The translations under genes and the position numbers were made by a program. DNA of 63,110 nt, counting the filler, from Reticulomyxa filosa (Eukaryota > Protista > Foraminifera): assembly GCA_000512085.1 (NCBI GenBank). It is 19 parts of 19 records of this genome, joined end to end, with 100 filler letters (N's around TTAATTAATTAA, not from the genome) between each part and the next. Parts side by side here need not be neighbours in the genome. Positions count along the whole stretch, not along the records: positions 39,004 to 40,603 come from ASPP01015094.1; positions 40,704 to 42,888 come from ASPP01028175.1; positions 42,989 to 48,619 come from ASPP01021262.1; positions 48,720 to 52,226 come from ASPP01021299.1; 15 more parts are not named here. One strand, 5' to 3'. The notes beneath the pieces were generated by a model that saw nothing but the letters and a program-made list of their open reading frames with translations, was not told the origin of the DNA and did no database searches. Shown here in pieces: positions 39,618 through 51,690 of this stretch; positions within the stretch are counted from its first letter, which is position 1; each line of letters begins with the position of its first letter.

Positions 39618-39848
39618 CTATCTTTGGCGATAGAGACCGGCGCCGAGCAGAATGACGCCGACCACCAGGACGCCGCCGATCAGGAGCGGTGGAACGACAT
39701 GCGTGGTCGCTCGCGTGGTTTCGAGCTTCAGCTCGCCGACCCTCGCCAGCTCCGTGGTCTCTTCGGTCGTGAACATCGGGAAGGCGAAGCCGATCAGGCC
39801 GAGGACGACCAGGACGGTCCCAATGACGACCCGAGTGGAACGGTTCAC
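39618..39848 (-). CDS. Small two-TM membrane protein, DUF3185-like
   Basis: GTG start 13 nt after the previous stop; TM - FTTEETTELARVGELKL - VPPLLIGGVLVVG TM. Confidence 0.6.
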   Translation of the reverse strand: MNRSTRVVIGTVLVVLGLIGFAFPMFTTEETTELARVGELKLETTRATTHVVPPLLIGGVLVVGVILLGAGLYRQR

Positions 39849-39861
39849 GAGACTGCCCGTG

Positions 39862-40041
39862 TCAGAGCCGGCCCATGCCGGCCCCGCCGAGCGCGCCGGC
39901 AAGCCAGAGAACGAGCAGGATCACGACGATGAGGCCTAGCACGCCGCCGAGCCCGCGGCCGCCATAGCGATTGTAGCCATAGTAGCCGCCGCCGCCGCCC
40001 AGCAGCACGATCAGCAGGATGATGATCAGTATCGTCGACAT
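39862..40041 (-). CDS. DUF3309-like small membrane protein
   Basis: MSTILIIILLIVLLGGGGGYYGYNRYGGRGLGGVLGLIVVILLVLWL; GAGG RBS. Confidence 0.75.
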   Translation of the reverse strand: MSTILIIILLIVLLGGGGGYYGYNRYGGRGLGGVLGLIVVILLVLWLAGALGGAGMGRL

Positions 40042-40130
40042 GGTAGCGATCCTCGTTGCACCAGTCCGAGACGCCACCTTGATGCAGATCAAGGACAATG
40101 GCCGGGAGCGGGTTTATGAAAGTTCGCTGC

Positions 40131-40156
40131 GGTAACGCGCGACCCCTCCAATCGTT
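40131..40156 (+). promoter_or_regulatory. Putative EcfG/SigT (general stress) promoter
   Basis: GGTAAC-N16-CGTT about 20 nt upstream of the cytochrome c ATG; the alphaproteobacterial consensus is GGAAC-N16/17-CGTT. Confidence 0.5.
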
Positions 40157-40176
40157 GCACACCTGCGGAGGAAGCC

Positions 40177-40482
40177 ATGAGAAGAGCCCTGGTGTTCGCG
40201 TCGCTGCTGATATCGCTCCCGGCGGCCGCCCAGACTGTCCAGACCGGTAGCGCGCTCGCCGTGCGGTGGTGCACGGCCTGTCACGTCGTCGAAGCCAGTC
40301 AGCGCCTGGCCTCCGACAGTGCGCCGAGCTTCCGCGCCATTGCCGCGCGTACGGACACGACGGCGGCGACTCTCGACCGTTACCTCTCCCGCGGGCACAC
40401 GCTGATGCCTGATTTCTCGCTGAGCAGCCAGGAGCGGGATGCGCTGGTCACCTATATCCTGAGCCTTCGCCAGAAACCGTGA
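40177..40482 (+). CDS. Periplasmic class I c-type cytochrome
   Basis: Signal peptide (..PAAA-Q), CTACH heme motif, HTLMPDF distal Met, GGAGGA RBS. Confidence 0.9.
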   Translation: MRRALVFASLLISLPAAAQTVQTGSALAVRWCTACHVVEASQRLASDSAPSFRAIAARTDTTAATLDRYLSRGHTLMPDFSLSSQERDALVTYILSLRQKP

Positions 40483-40818
40483 CTCCGGACGACGCGGCGA
40501 ACCCTCAGGCACCAGCGTCCATCACATCCAGCAGTCCCGGACGCACGCCCAGCTGTTCGACGAACTGGTCGAGCTTGCGGCGGGCGAGAGGATTGCTCTG
40601 CTGNNNNNNNNNNNNNNNNNNNNNNNNNNNNNNNNNNNNNNNNNNNNTTAATTAATTAANNNNNNNNNNNNNNNNNNNNNNNNNNNNNNNNNNNNNNNNN
40701 NNNTAGCAATATCTATTTTACTACTTTTAATATTAGTCATTGAATATAAATTGACTATTTTAATATTTTGTGCAAGTAATAAATAGTAAATCATTATTTG
40801 ATCCACCAATTAACCCTT

Positions 40819-41013
40819 TTAAATCTTTTTATAATAATTAATAATATTGTTGTTTTCAATCCAAATATTGAATCCTTGATTCATTTTATTTTCACTGTCA
40901 TCATATACACTTTTATATTTCATTGAGAATGTTTGCTTCATTTTACTGTATTGTCCACCAAAAGATAATAAATGAATTTCATTTGATTTTATTTGTAAAT
41001 GAACCAATGTCAT
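40819..41013 (-). pseudogene. Fragment of a kelch-like repeat family
   Basis: IHLLSFGGQYSKMKQTFSMKYKSVY is one GG-containing blade; flanking frames are broken. Confidence 0.4.
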
Positions 41014-41942
41014 CCTAATTTAATACTATTAGGATAAGAGCAAATATATTTGTACTGTTTTTGATAGTATGTTACGAATAAAATCTTTAATATCGTGACA
41101 ACCACAATAAGCATTCAATATTGAAAGAGATAAATTGTGAGTCCCAATATCGTTTCAGTAATCACTTTCGATCTGAAATGAAGTAGACATGTTAGATTTT
41201 TTTTAAATTTTCATTTGTCCTTTTTTATAAAATTACAAAAATAAGATTAGCTAATGGCTTATACTTTACACTTGGCTCCTTTTTGTAATTTATAAAATTT
41301 GAAATTTTAATACAACCATTAGTATTTTAACTTATTAAAAAAGCGATTCCAAAGATAAAGAAAATTGTTACAAACTTGGACAATTTTTGTACATGAATCG
41401 AATTATAAATTTATATGCAATCAATAATTAACTACGATAAAAAGATTATTAAAAGATTTTGATTTGATTGTGATTATTTGTAGACAGCGCATAGACTGAA
41501 ATAAACTTATTACAAGTGATAAAAATATTTGTCAATTAACAAAATAAAATATTCTTCAATTGTAATCAAATTGAACCATTCACCTAAAATGTTTATAATC
41601 ATATAATATTTTGTGTAGCAATAGCAATGATATTTATCCAACTACAAAGATAGATAATGTGTATGATTATATCATGTAGTTAAAGTAAAAGTATTCATTC
41701 AAGGATATGTTACATAGTATTAAAACAAATGCCAGTTGCAAAAGTAGCGAATGATATTATTTGGGAAGTGAATAACTAACTACAAAAGCACAAACAGTTG
41801 GATCAATCAAAAGCATTTTTCTTCCTACATTTTCCAATTTGGTTCAAATTTCAATTTTTATTAATCCTTTAAACTGAACCAATTTATTTGTAAACCTTCA
41901 AAATAAAAAAAAGGGTTTTGCCTTGAAGTTTATATCATCATC

Positions 41943-42888
41943 ATGCTTGAACAATTTCAACAAATATTTCCCAATATAACTGAAGAGGTTGTTTTAAAGG
42001 CATGGAAGCTATGTAATGAAAATGTTGACAAGACAAAGAGTGTCTTAACTTGGCTAACAGAAAACACGTAACAATATTCTACATATTTTCTATTCCCTAT
42101 TTGAAATAGTCATTATGTTTTTTTTGAAATTGTTGCTTTATATATTTTAATACAGTATAATGTTACAAGAACAACATCATTTGCTACGTTTATTTGAATA
42201 TTTTGGAGATAAACTTAAAAAAACAACAATATCACAAACATGGAAAAATTACAATCAAATTTACGTGGATACATATGAAAAATTAGAAGATATTTGTGCA
42301 ACTTCCAACTTGAATGAGTTAAATGCATAAAATGAACACATCGTGTAAAGTAAAACAAAAAAATGATTTGACAGGTTTCAAGAAGAAAATGAATTAAAAA
42401 TAAATCGAGAAATGTGTTTGCATATTTTGTGGAATATTTTGAAATATCCTAAACATATCAAATATCGTCAAATTCACAAACAAGCTTTATACAACTATTT
42501 ATTTCAGAAATGCCATACATCAGGTGCAGATATTGAGATAGTATTAATAAATATGGAAGAAGAATTGCAGTATATTGGATTCAAAAAAGGATATGATGAT
42601 AATTGGTATTACCAATATGATTGCATTCAATTATTACATCTGTGGGATTGTTATCGCTATTGGATCAACCAACAAATTATGCATGTGTTTATTTTGTTGT
42701 TAATAAAATGAATGATATAAATATATAAATGATATAACCAATCATTTTAAATAGATATAAAACAAGACGTTGGATTAGGCAAAGAGTGTGTATGTTATGG
42801 AATGGAAAATGGAAAGATTATGAATGTGTATTTGATTATGAACATCGAACAATAATATTATTTGATGAAAATAAATTAAAAATAAAAT
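41943..42888 (+). CDS. CUE/UBA-like repeats + PUB-domain protein (three introns, 3' partial)
   Basis: MLEQFQQIFPNITEEVVLKAWKLCNENVDKT, a second similar helical repeat, then ILWNILKYPKHIKYRQI..LQYIGF (PUB); exons join in frame. Confidence 0.65.
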
Positions 42889-43035
42889 NNNNNNNNNNNN
42901 NNNNNNNNNNNNNNNNNNNNNNNNNNNNNNNNTTAATTAATTAANNNNNNNNNNNNNNNNNNNNNNNNNNNNNNNNNNNNNNNNNNNNCCCCCCTTTTTT
43001 TTAAAGATAAAAAAAAAAAAACAAAACAAATTGGC

Positions 43036-44160
43036 TCGTTTGCGAAGGTATAAAAGCGCACTTTGTGGCGCAACGACTGAGCGATAACCGCAGTGAAAGA
43101 GGCGTGGGATTGGAAGGCGAAATGAGCAAAGAAGAAAAGCAAGACAATGTAATCGCGGTGATCCAGGTGCCTTTGAAAATCAAGCAATCGAAACTCGCCG
43201 CCATGTTCGAAGGGAAATCATACACGAAAAAAACTTCGATAAAAAAAAAAGCAAAGAAAAAAGAGGCAGATGTCGAGGCAGCAATTATCAAAGTTAAAAT
43301 TTTTTTTTTTAAAAAAAAAAATTAAATTTGTTTGTTTTTATTTGTTGAGAAAGTCAAAATGTTAATAATTTTTATGTACTTTATTTATATATATATATAT
43401 ATACTTATATATATATTTTATTAATCTATTTTATTGTTATGTTATGTTATGTTATGTTGTGTGTAAACAAACGAAGGGGATTGTAGGTAGTGTCAGCTGC
43501 TCCAAAGTGCAAGAGTCCTTGCAACACAGAATTGGTATTGCTAACTGTGGGCAATGAAGCGTGCTACAAGGGCAGCGAAGTCGAGTGTGACAAATGTGCA
43601 AAGACTCTTTCTTTGACGTCGCAAGTATGGCATTGTCCCAAAGGCGACTGTCGCAATCACAAAGATGGATACGACTTGTGTGACCGTGCGGCAACGAACA
43701 ATTGAAATGGGACGAGTTGGATGGCTTGGACTCCATTGAAAGGGATACTCGATTTCCTGTTCGTGTCACTTTGCAATACTATCAGGCCACCAGCAATGGA
43801 CTGGTCGATTCCGAAATCATGTCTGCTATTGCACATACGCTGAAGTCGTCACAAAATCAGGCCGATTTCATTGGATCTTTGGTCATTCAAACTAATCCTG
43901 ACCGACCTACCGAGTGGGTTGAACAAAAAAATAATGACGATGATGATAATGATACGTCCTTTGTCAATGTCAAGCAATTGCTGCAACAAGTGTTTGGTGA
44001 AGATTGGAAAACACATTTTGCTACTTTTCAAGAGGAAAAATTTGATGATACTGCTTTACAGGCTATTGACAAAGCTGATGATTTAACAGACGTACTTCAT
44101 AAAGGAGAAGATCGTGTCAAGTTCTTTAACGAACTTGTGCAATCACGTACCAAAGATTGA
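43036..44160 (+). CDS. Hypothetical protein with inserted ZZ-like zinc finger (5' partial; intron; 1-nt frameshift at ~43685)
   Basis: VAQRLSDNR..VIQVPLK..DVEAAIIK|VG-[CDKC..WHC..H..GYDLCxxC]-DELDGLDSIERDTRFPVRVTLQYYQATSNG. Confidence 0.65.
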
Positions 44161-44380
44161 TCACTCATGTCATGTTGTTGTTTTTTTTTTTAACTAAAGA
44201 AAATTGGTAATGTCTGCTTTGTGGCTTTAATTCGCCTTTTCAAAAAAAAATATTTCATAAAATTTTTGAAAAATACAATCTTTTTTATTTGGTAAAAAAA
44301 AAGGGGTTAAGACATGAGATTTTTTTTTTTTATTCGAAGCAGCATGTAAAAGTAATCAATATCTACATATCCATCTATCT

Positions 44381-45733
44381 ATGTCTGCCAGTAATTCGTC
44401 AAGATCCCGCCTTTCATTGACCTGGAAAGCACTTTGTTTCATGTTCTTACTGGCAATGTTGGCTTGCGTTTTGCTTGTGAACGAAACGCAACAATTTCCA
44501 GAAAAGGAAGAAGACAATACGCGTAAAGTATGGAAAGAAGAGCCTTGGAACGGAAGTATGGACAATGAGAAAGAAGAATGTGGTATCGAAATAACGAATC
44601 CGGTATTTGTGAATTGGATCGATCGTATGGGAGGAGAGAATGAAACACAAATATTGAGACATATAATTCCTCCATTTTTGGTATCATTTGGTGGTAGTGG
44701 GAACACAATAACGAGATTGTTGTTGGAGTTTGTATTTGGGTATTACACTGGAAGTGTATACAATGATCTGATATTAAAAAATGCAGGTAAATTTCTTGGA
44801 GAAGGCGAATGTGACTATCGCACTCTTGTGGTGAAATTGCATCCTGAAAATTTTGCCGAAGATATATATTGGATGAATATAATCCAAGGCAAGCTAATTT
44901 GTTTGAGTCATGCCATTGAAAAAAAATATCGATTGCATCGGTTTGATTGTCTGGAGACACCAATGTCTGCATTGGTATCAGAAGGGAGGCTGAGACGTTA
45001 TAACAATGATAATTGGATCCATTTTCAACAGGAATTGCCTCCTTTTTATATGTTTGTGAAACAATATGTTCCAGCCATGGCGAGAATGCATGCTATTGTG
45101 ATCTTACGAAATCCTTGGGATGCCATGTTTTCATTGTATCAACAAAAGTTTGTTGTTCATCAATGGAGTCCAAATAAATCTGCACACTTTCACAACTCCA
45201 TAGGTGCTTTTCATACAGATCGAATACAGTTGAAATGGTTTGATTTCAATATTTCTAATATTCAAACTAATTTTCAACATGCCATTGCATCAATGCTATC
45301 TCTACAATTACGAGTGTTTGATTTTGTAACCAAAATGTCCCAATCTCATAAAAAACAAAAACAAGATTATATTTTGATAAAATTTGAACACTTATTGAAT
45401 TTCAAAAATTATTCCATTCAATTCAACGAAATCAATAAAATTGCATTTTTTTTATACAGTGATCAATTTTTACAAAATCGCCAAAATTTACATTTTCTTT
45501 TCAATCAAATTACTCAAAAACTAACATGTTTTCGTCGTTTTGGTGATAGAAATAAAAGAGTTCAAGTCGCACATCGTCCTTCTGTGTCTCCAAATTCAAC
45601 ACAATTTCTTTCCAAAGAATTTGCTTATTCTTTAATTCCTTCCAATGTTATTTGTAAATGGTGGAAACGGCTTCAACCATATGCACAACCACATGGATAT
45701 ACCGTTTGGAATCCTTCTCGTAACAAATGCTAA
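44381..45733 (+). CDS. Type II membrane sulfotransferase-fold protein (WSCD-like domain)
   Basis: N-terminal TM; 5'-PSB-like [25 protein letters not shown]; VVKLH; 3'-PB-like [13 protein letters not shown]. Confidence 0.75.
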   Translation: MSASNSSRSRLSLTWKALCFMFLLAMLACVLLVNETQQFPEKEEDNTRKVWKEEPWNGSMDNEKEECGIEITNPVFVNWIDRMGGENETQILRHIIPPFLVSFGGSGNTITRLLLEFVFGYYTGSVYNDLILKNAGKFLGEGECDYRTLVVKLHPENFAEDIYWMNIIQGKLICLSHAIEKKYRLHRFDCLETPMSALVSEGRLRRYNNDNWIHFQQELPPFYMFVKQYVPAMARMHAIVILRNPWDAMFSLYQQKFVVHQWSPNKSAHFHNSIGAFHTDRIQLKWFDFNISNIQTNFQHAIASMLSLQLRVFDFVTKMSQSHKKQKQDYILIKFEHLLNFKNYSIQFNEINKIAFFLYSDQFLQNRQNLHFLFNQITQKLTCFRRFGDRNKRVQVAHRPSVSPNSTQFLSKEFAYSLIPSNVICKWWKRLQPYAQPHGYTVWNPSRNKC

Positions 45734-45976
45734 TGTTTTTTGTTGTTGTCATGTTTTGTTTAAAGTTAAACAGTGGGCTTTTGATAATTCATAAAAATTG
45801 TTGATCATTCTCCAAATTCTTTTCCAGAGGATTGAAATTACAAAATTGTACATGATGTTTATCGAAATGTATCCTGTGTATTTGAATTTATTTGGAAAAT
45901 ACCTTTCTTTCAAAAAAAAAAAAAATGAATAAAGAGAGTTTTTTGTTGCTGAAATTTTTCAAACATCCTTCAAGTC

Positions 45977-46537
45977 ATGTCAAACTGGAAAAATTTGATT
46001 TGGCTAAATCGCAAAAACATGTTTTATATTTCCGTCTTTCCATTAGGAGTGGCCCTGCTCTTCAACTCTTATTACTCTTACCAGGTTTACACCTGGAACA
46101 AAAATCCAAGACGAGCGAAATTATATGAAAATCTCAATCGCCCAGTCGATTTGAATCAACTTCTACAAAACAATTTGCACAAAAATAAAGAGGACATAAA
46201 TGAAAATGTTGAAGATGCCCCTTCTTCAATAGTAACGGATTTGAAACGTTTACAACAGCAATTGCAGGTAGTTTTAGAACAAGATTTTTCCCAAGAACCC
46301 ATTTTCGAATACACCAATATTCCAATAAAAAAATTTGACAATTTTTTGATTCGAACTAATGGAGATATAGTCGCCATTTTTCAAACAATGAGCAATGACG
46401 ACACTATTCAAATAACACTGGGACACATGACTAATGATCGAGTTTTTGCACGGAAAAATTACTCAAGAAGAAAAAGAGAATTAGAACATGTCTTGTTGCA
46501 ACACAGTTCCAAGTTGGCAGAGTTTGTTAATAAATGA
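45977..46537 (+). CDS. Single-TM hypothetical protein
   Basis: Intact 186-aa ORF with one hydrophobic segment. Confidence 0.55.
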   Translation: MSNWKNLIWLNRKNMFYISVFPLGVALLFNSYYSYQVYTWNKNPRRAKLYENLNRPVDLNQLLQNNLHKNKEDINENVEDAPSSIVTDLKRLQQQLQVVLEQDFSQEPIFEYTNIPIKKFDNFLIRTNGDIVAIFQTMSNDDTIQITLGHMTNDRVFARKNYSRRKRELEHVLLQHSSKLAEFVNK

Positions 46538-47201
46538 AGAATACAATCCTTTTAAAAATATTACTATACATTTTCTTGACTGGAGCCATTACAAAAGTGA
46601 CAATAGTAGATTGCAATTTTTATTTTTTGGTTTATTTTATTCGTGGAATTGCACAAAGCTAATTTTTACGATAGAATTAAAGTTATTTTTGTAACAAATA
46701 TTTATTGTTATGCACCAATTGTGTCGTATAATATCCAGACAATCATCTGCCATTGTTGCACTTCATATTTTTCATTATTCAATTTTTTTGTTGATTGACA
46801 ATCGAATTTTTATTACAATTCTTTTTTTCTTTTAAAAGAAATTATATACTGAACCTATTTTATAGCAATTATATGTTTCAAACTTTGTGATATTTGCTTA
46901 TTTCATATATTACATCTGCACTATAATTTTTCTTGTACAGGACTTATTTTCAGATAAAAAAAAGATTCAGTAAAAATAATTGGGATTTGCTATTATTTGG
47001 ATCTATTCAAAGAAATTTCATAAGCTTAAAAAAAATAAACTGTCAAATTTGTTCAAGATAAATTCTGAATAAAATAAGTGCAACAAGTTGGAAAAAATAA
47101 TGATGAACATCTCACATTCATTTCGTTTGTTTTATTTTCTTATATTTCAACTCAAAGACTGGAGGGAGGAAAAAAGAAGATAGAAAACCAAAAAATGAAG
47201 A

Positions 47202-48619
47202 TCAACGGGAATTTATGAATGCCCTCACAATAATTGGTTCACAATCTGCGCCAAATATTTTGTTTTCAATTTCAGCCGCATCAATTTCATCACGAAACTA
47301 TTTTCAACAATATTTTTTATTATTGCAATTTGTTTAGTTATCGCCCTACTTTTCCCTCTCCCCTCATTATCACCATTATCATACCTGACGACTCAATTGG
47401 GTCAGTCTTCCTGAAATAGCATCAAATAAATATTTTTCTTTTTACGCTGTTCATTCAGAGCGGTGTTGTTATCAGCATTATTATCGACATTATTAATAGG
47501 TTCATTTGTGTCTCCTTCGCCTCCTTGATGAAATAACGTTTCTCCAATGAATGCATCATCTTCAATTTCATGAACATCGAGTTTGGAAATATTGGCATCT
47601 TGAGTAGAGTTTTTATTTGATCGAGAGTTGGAAGACTTGTCATTGGAGTCGACAGCATCTGAAGATGATTGAATTTTCTGATGTAATACTGTCAAGACAC
47701 GCTTAAATTCGGAGAACAATAAAAAGAATATTTCTCGAATGCTGGCCAATGTTTGATTATGTCTTCGTATCAACCCTTCCAATTGTTGTTGTTTCATGCT
47801 TTGTTGCGCTGCTATGGCATCTGCGTCAGCAAAGTCTGCTGTCATTTCTTTTTCCAAGTCTTTCAAATCTTTTTGATATCGAGATACTGTTCGAAGCATT
47901 CCAACAGCTGTTTTCACAGTTCGGTCGATAGAATTCAAAAGGATTTTCCAATACACTGGCCTAGAGCAGTATAATTCAAATCAAATATATAAATACAAAT
48001 TATATACATGTACATATATATGTATGTATATGTAGATATATATATGTATATGTATATAACTGATGTAATTTGACAAGAATTTTCTTCCAAAAAGATAAAT
48101 TTAATAATGGCTTGTGTTGATATGTAATTTTGTGCATGCAATTTGTCACATAGAATTTCACAACGAAAACAAGATTTGTACCAGTACTCCAGTAAGATGG
48201 ACATAAGTTTCATTTGGGATAATTCAAAGCATACCATATACGACTTCAATAAACCGCTTCCATACATTTTCAAGAATGTGACGACATGCGAGCAACTGGA
48301 CTTGCCAACGTGCAACAAACATGCAAACAGTAATTGCATTTGCCGAATTTTTATACGTTCTGTCGTGGACACTTGGAATAGTTGATTGGTTGAATTGGAA
48401 GAAGAACTATCATTCCCTCCTTGGATTTCGCTATTTAGCATTTGATCCACTTGCTTCATACTTATCACTTCATGCAGCAGTAATTTCCGATCTTTTGTTT
48501 TTGTTACGTCCGCTGTGCTACTCGTGGCTGTTGCTGATGTCACAGCTTGGCCTCCATTGGATGAGTCTTCCTCAGTTACAGATTTATCTCCGCTGCTATT
48601 CGCAGAAATTGTCGTCGTC
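47202..48619 (-). CDS. NCBP1: Nuclear cap-binding protein subunit 1 (CBP80) C-terminal part
   Basis: CLLHVGKSSCSHV, EYW..EILCDKL..ISTQAIIKFIF and YWKILLNSIDRT match the MIF4G-like type 2 region. Confidence 0.7.
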
Positions 48620-48719
48620 NNNNNNNNNNNNNNNNNNNNNNNNNNNNNNNNNNNNNNNNNNNNTTAATTAATTAANNNNNNNNNNNNNNNNNNNNNNNNN
48701 NNNNNNNNNNNNNNNNNNN

Positions 48720-49325
48720 CATATATACATATATATATATATATATGTATATATGAAATTGAACTTGAGAAATTCGAAATTGAAACATTGCAAATCTGGC
48801 AAGATAATCAGTAGGATTGACAATGGTGTATTGCTCACCTTCATCCACTAATGCGATTGCCAAACGGTATTTTCCAGGGGACACCCTTGGAATGATTATA
48901 TCTAACAGGATTCCATTTTTTGCAAATTGTAATGTTTTCAATTTCAGATCCAAGCGGATAAACAATACATCTCCTTCGCTTAGACTGCAGTCTCGACCTT
49001 TCCCTGCTGTGATTTCACCGCCACTGCGAAACAGACCATTCACACCGTATCCAAACCCCGTTGTCTCGTCACAAAATTTCCCGCTTATTTGTGCGAGCGC
49101 TGATCCGGTCGCCACACCAATCACCGCTTGACGGTCGCCGGCTTTGTCCACTCGCACTGACCATTCAAATTTCCCCACTTCGATTTCGGCTTCCCCAAAT
49201 AGTGTCACATAGTTGTCTGCTGGCTCGGGGAGGTACACTGTTCGTCTTTCGTTTGTCAGTTTCACTTGCCCCACTAACCCATTTGTATCAAAGCGATCTG
49301 TTGGATTACTAAAGGTTGTGAACAT
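48720..49325 (-). CDS. SPRY/B30.2 domain protein (3' partial)
   Basis: GKFEWSVRVD..VIGVA..GFGY..EGDVLFIRLDLKLKTLQFAKNG..YRLAIAL. Confidence 0.8.
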
Positions 49326-49762
49326 CTTTCTTTTTTTTTTTCTCTTTTTGAATATCGACCAAGTTATTAACAAAATCAGTTACGCATCCACTGCGTCCTT
49401 TGCCTACAACTTTTTCCTGCTACAGTTTTCCAAATCTTGGCTTTACTGTTTTGTTAAAACTTACACAGACAAAAACATTTAGAGCTTCACACGTGCTTTG
49501 GCAATAGTAACAACGTCTTTTACATTCTCTTGCTTAAATATCATAAGAAAGTGTGTTCTATTTGTGGCATTGATTAGCATTAATTTTTTTAATCAAAGTC
49601 TTAAACGTATTTTCAATACTTATGTTTTGACGTTCTTTTGGCGCAAGTTTTTTTTCGACACAAAAAGGAGTTAAAAAAGCTTAATTTTCCAAAGTGTTTT
49701 TGTGTTGTCATTTGTGTCTGCCACCAAATTTTAATCTAAGAAACTCTTACTTTTGAAAAAAC

Positions 49763-51390
49763 ATGCGTGAAATTATTTCAATCCACGTCGGTCAAGCAGG
49801 AATTCAAGTTGGCAACGCTTGCTGGGAGTTGTACTGCTTAGAACATGGAATCCAACCAGACGGGACTGTGCCATCTGAGAAATCCATTGGTGGCGGGGAT
49901 GATGCCTTCAACACCTTTTTTTCGGAAACAGGATCAGGAAAACACGTTCCAAGGTGTGTTATTTATGTTTTTTTGTAAGTGGTAGAATTGATTGAAAAAA
50001 AAAATTAAAAATAAAAATAGATGTGTCTTTTTGGATTTGGAACCGAGCGTTATTGATGAAGTAAGAAGTGGAACATACAAACAATTATTTCAGTTGAGTA
50101 ATCAAAAAGATGAAAGAACACGGAGCTATTTTATGTGTTTTTCCGACCCCAAAAAAAGATATTAATTTTTAAAAAAAAAACGAAAGTCCGCAACAATTGA
50201 TATCTGGAAAAGAAGACGCAGCAAATAATTACGCTCGTGGACATTACACAATTGGAAAAGAAATTGTGGATTTGTGTTTAGATCGAATCAGAAAATTGGC
50301 TGATAATTGCACTGGATTACAAGGATTTTTGTTTTTTAACTCTGTTGGTGGAGGCACCGGATCAGGTGTGTTGTTTTTTTTTTTGCACCCTTATTTAATT
50401 ATTATAAAAGATTTTGTATTGTTTCTGAAAAAAAAACACAATGATAAATTTTTGATATGTTTGCAAAAACAAAAAGGACTTGGTTCGTTGTTATTAGAAA
50501 GATTATCAGTGGATTATGGCAAAAAATCAAAATTAGGATTTACAGTGTATCCTTCTCCTCAAGTAAGTACTGCTGTAGTTGAACCTTACAATAGTGTATT
50601 ATCGACACATTCGTTATTGGAACATACGGATGTTGCTGTTATGTTGGACAATGAAGCAATTTATGATATTAGTCGACGTTTATTAGATATTGAAAGACCC
50701 ACTTATACAAATCTGAATAGATTAATTGCTCAAGTGATATCTTCGTTGACAGCATCTTTGCGATTTGACGGTGCATTAAATGTGGATGTAACAGAATTTC
50801 AAACAAATTTAGTTCCTTATCCACGTATTCATTTTATGTTGTCATCTTATTCTCCTGTTATTAGTGCCGAAAAAGCTTATCATGAACAATTAAATGTTGC
50901 TGAAATAACAAGCAGTGCTTTTGAACCAAGTTCAATGATGGCAAAATGTGATCCAAGACATGGTAAATATATGGCTTGTTGCTTAATGTATCGTGGAGAT
51001 GTTGTCCCAAAGGATGTAAATGCAGCAGTTGGTTCAATTAAAACAAAAAGAACAATACAATTTGTTGATTGGTGTCCAACTGGATTTAAAGTAGGAATTA
51101 ATTATCAACCACCAACAGTTGTTCCTGGAGGTGATTTAGCAAAAGTTCAACGAGCTGTTTGTATGATTGCTAATAGTACTGCTATAGCAGAAGTATTTAG
51201 TCGAATTGATCATAAATTCGATATAATGTATGCAAAACGAGCTTTTGTTCATTGGTATGTTGGTGAAGGAATGGAAGAAGGAGAATTTAGTGAAGCCAGA
51301 GAAGATTTGGCCGCTTTAGAAAAAGATTATGAGGAAGTAGGTGCAGAATCATTGCAAAATGGAGTTGAAGAAGATGAAATGGAAGTATAA
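49763..51390 (+). CDS. Alpha-tubulin, canonical type 1 (three introns)
   Basis: [65 protein letters not shown]. Confidence 0.98.
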
Positions 51391-51690
51391 ACATTTCATA
51401 TTAACAAAAGCACCACACACACAACAGCACCATACATAACCTCCATTTTAAAAAAATTAAATTGTTTTGGGAAATATTCCCAATATTATGAATTTGTTTT
51501 TTTTTTTTACCCACATCTTATTTAAATTCAAATTTTTTTTAACGTTTTAATCTAAACATCTCTCATCAATATTTCAAATTACTTTCGATTTGCAAAATAA
51601 AATGTATCATTCATTTTTTTATTTCTCCCAAATCTAATACAAAAGGGTTTTTTTTTTTTTTGGTTGATCATTTTCGGACAAATTGAATTG

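Larger units (their letters stand above)
39004..40603. other. Bacterial (alphaproteobacterium-like) contig
   Basis: Strongly GC-rich, no introns, dense small ORFs with Shine-Dalgarno-like GGAGG/GAGG, no junction with host-like DNA. Confidence 0.9.
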
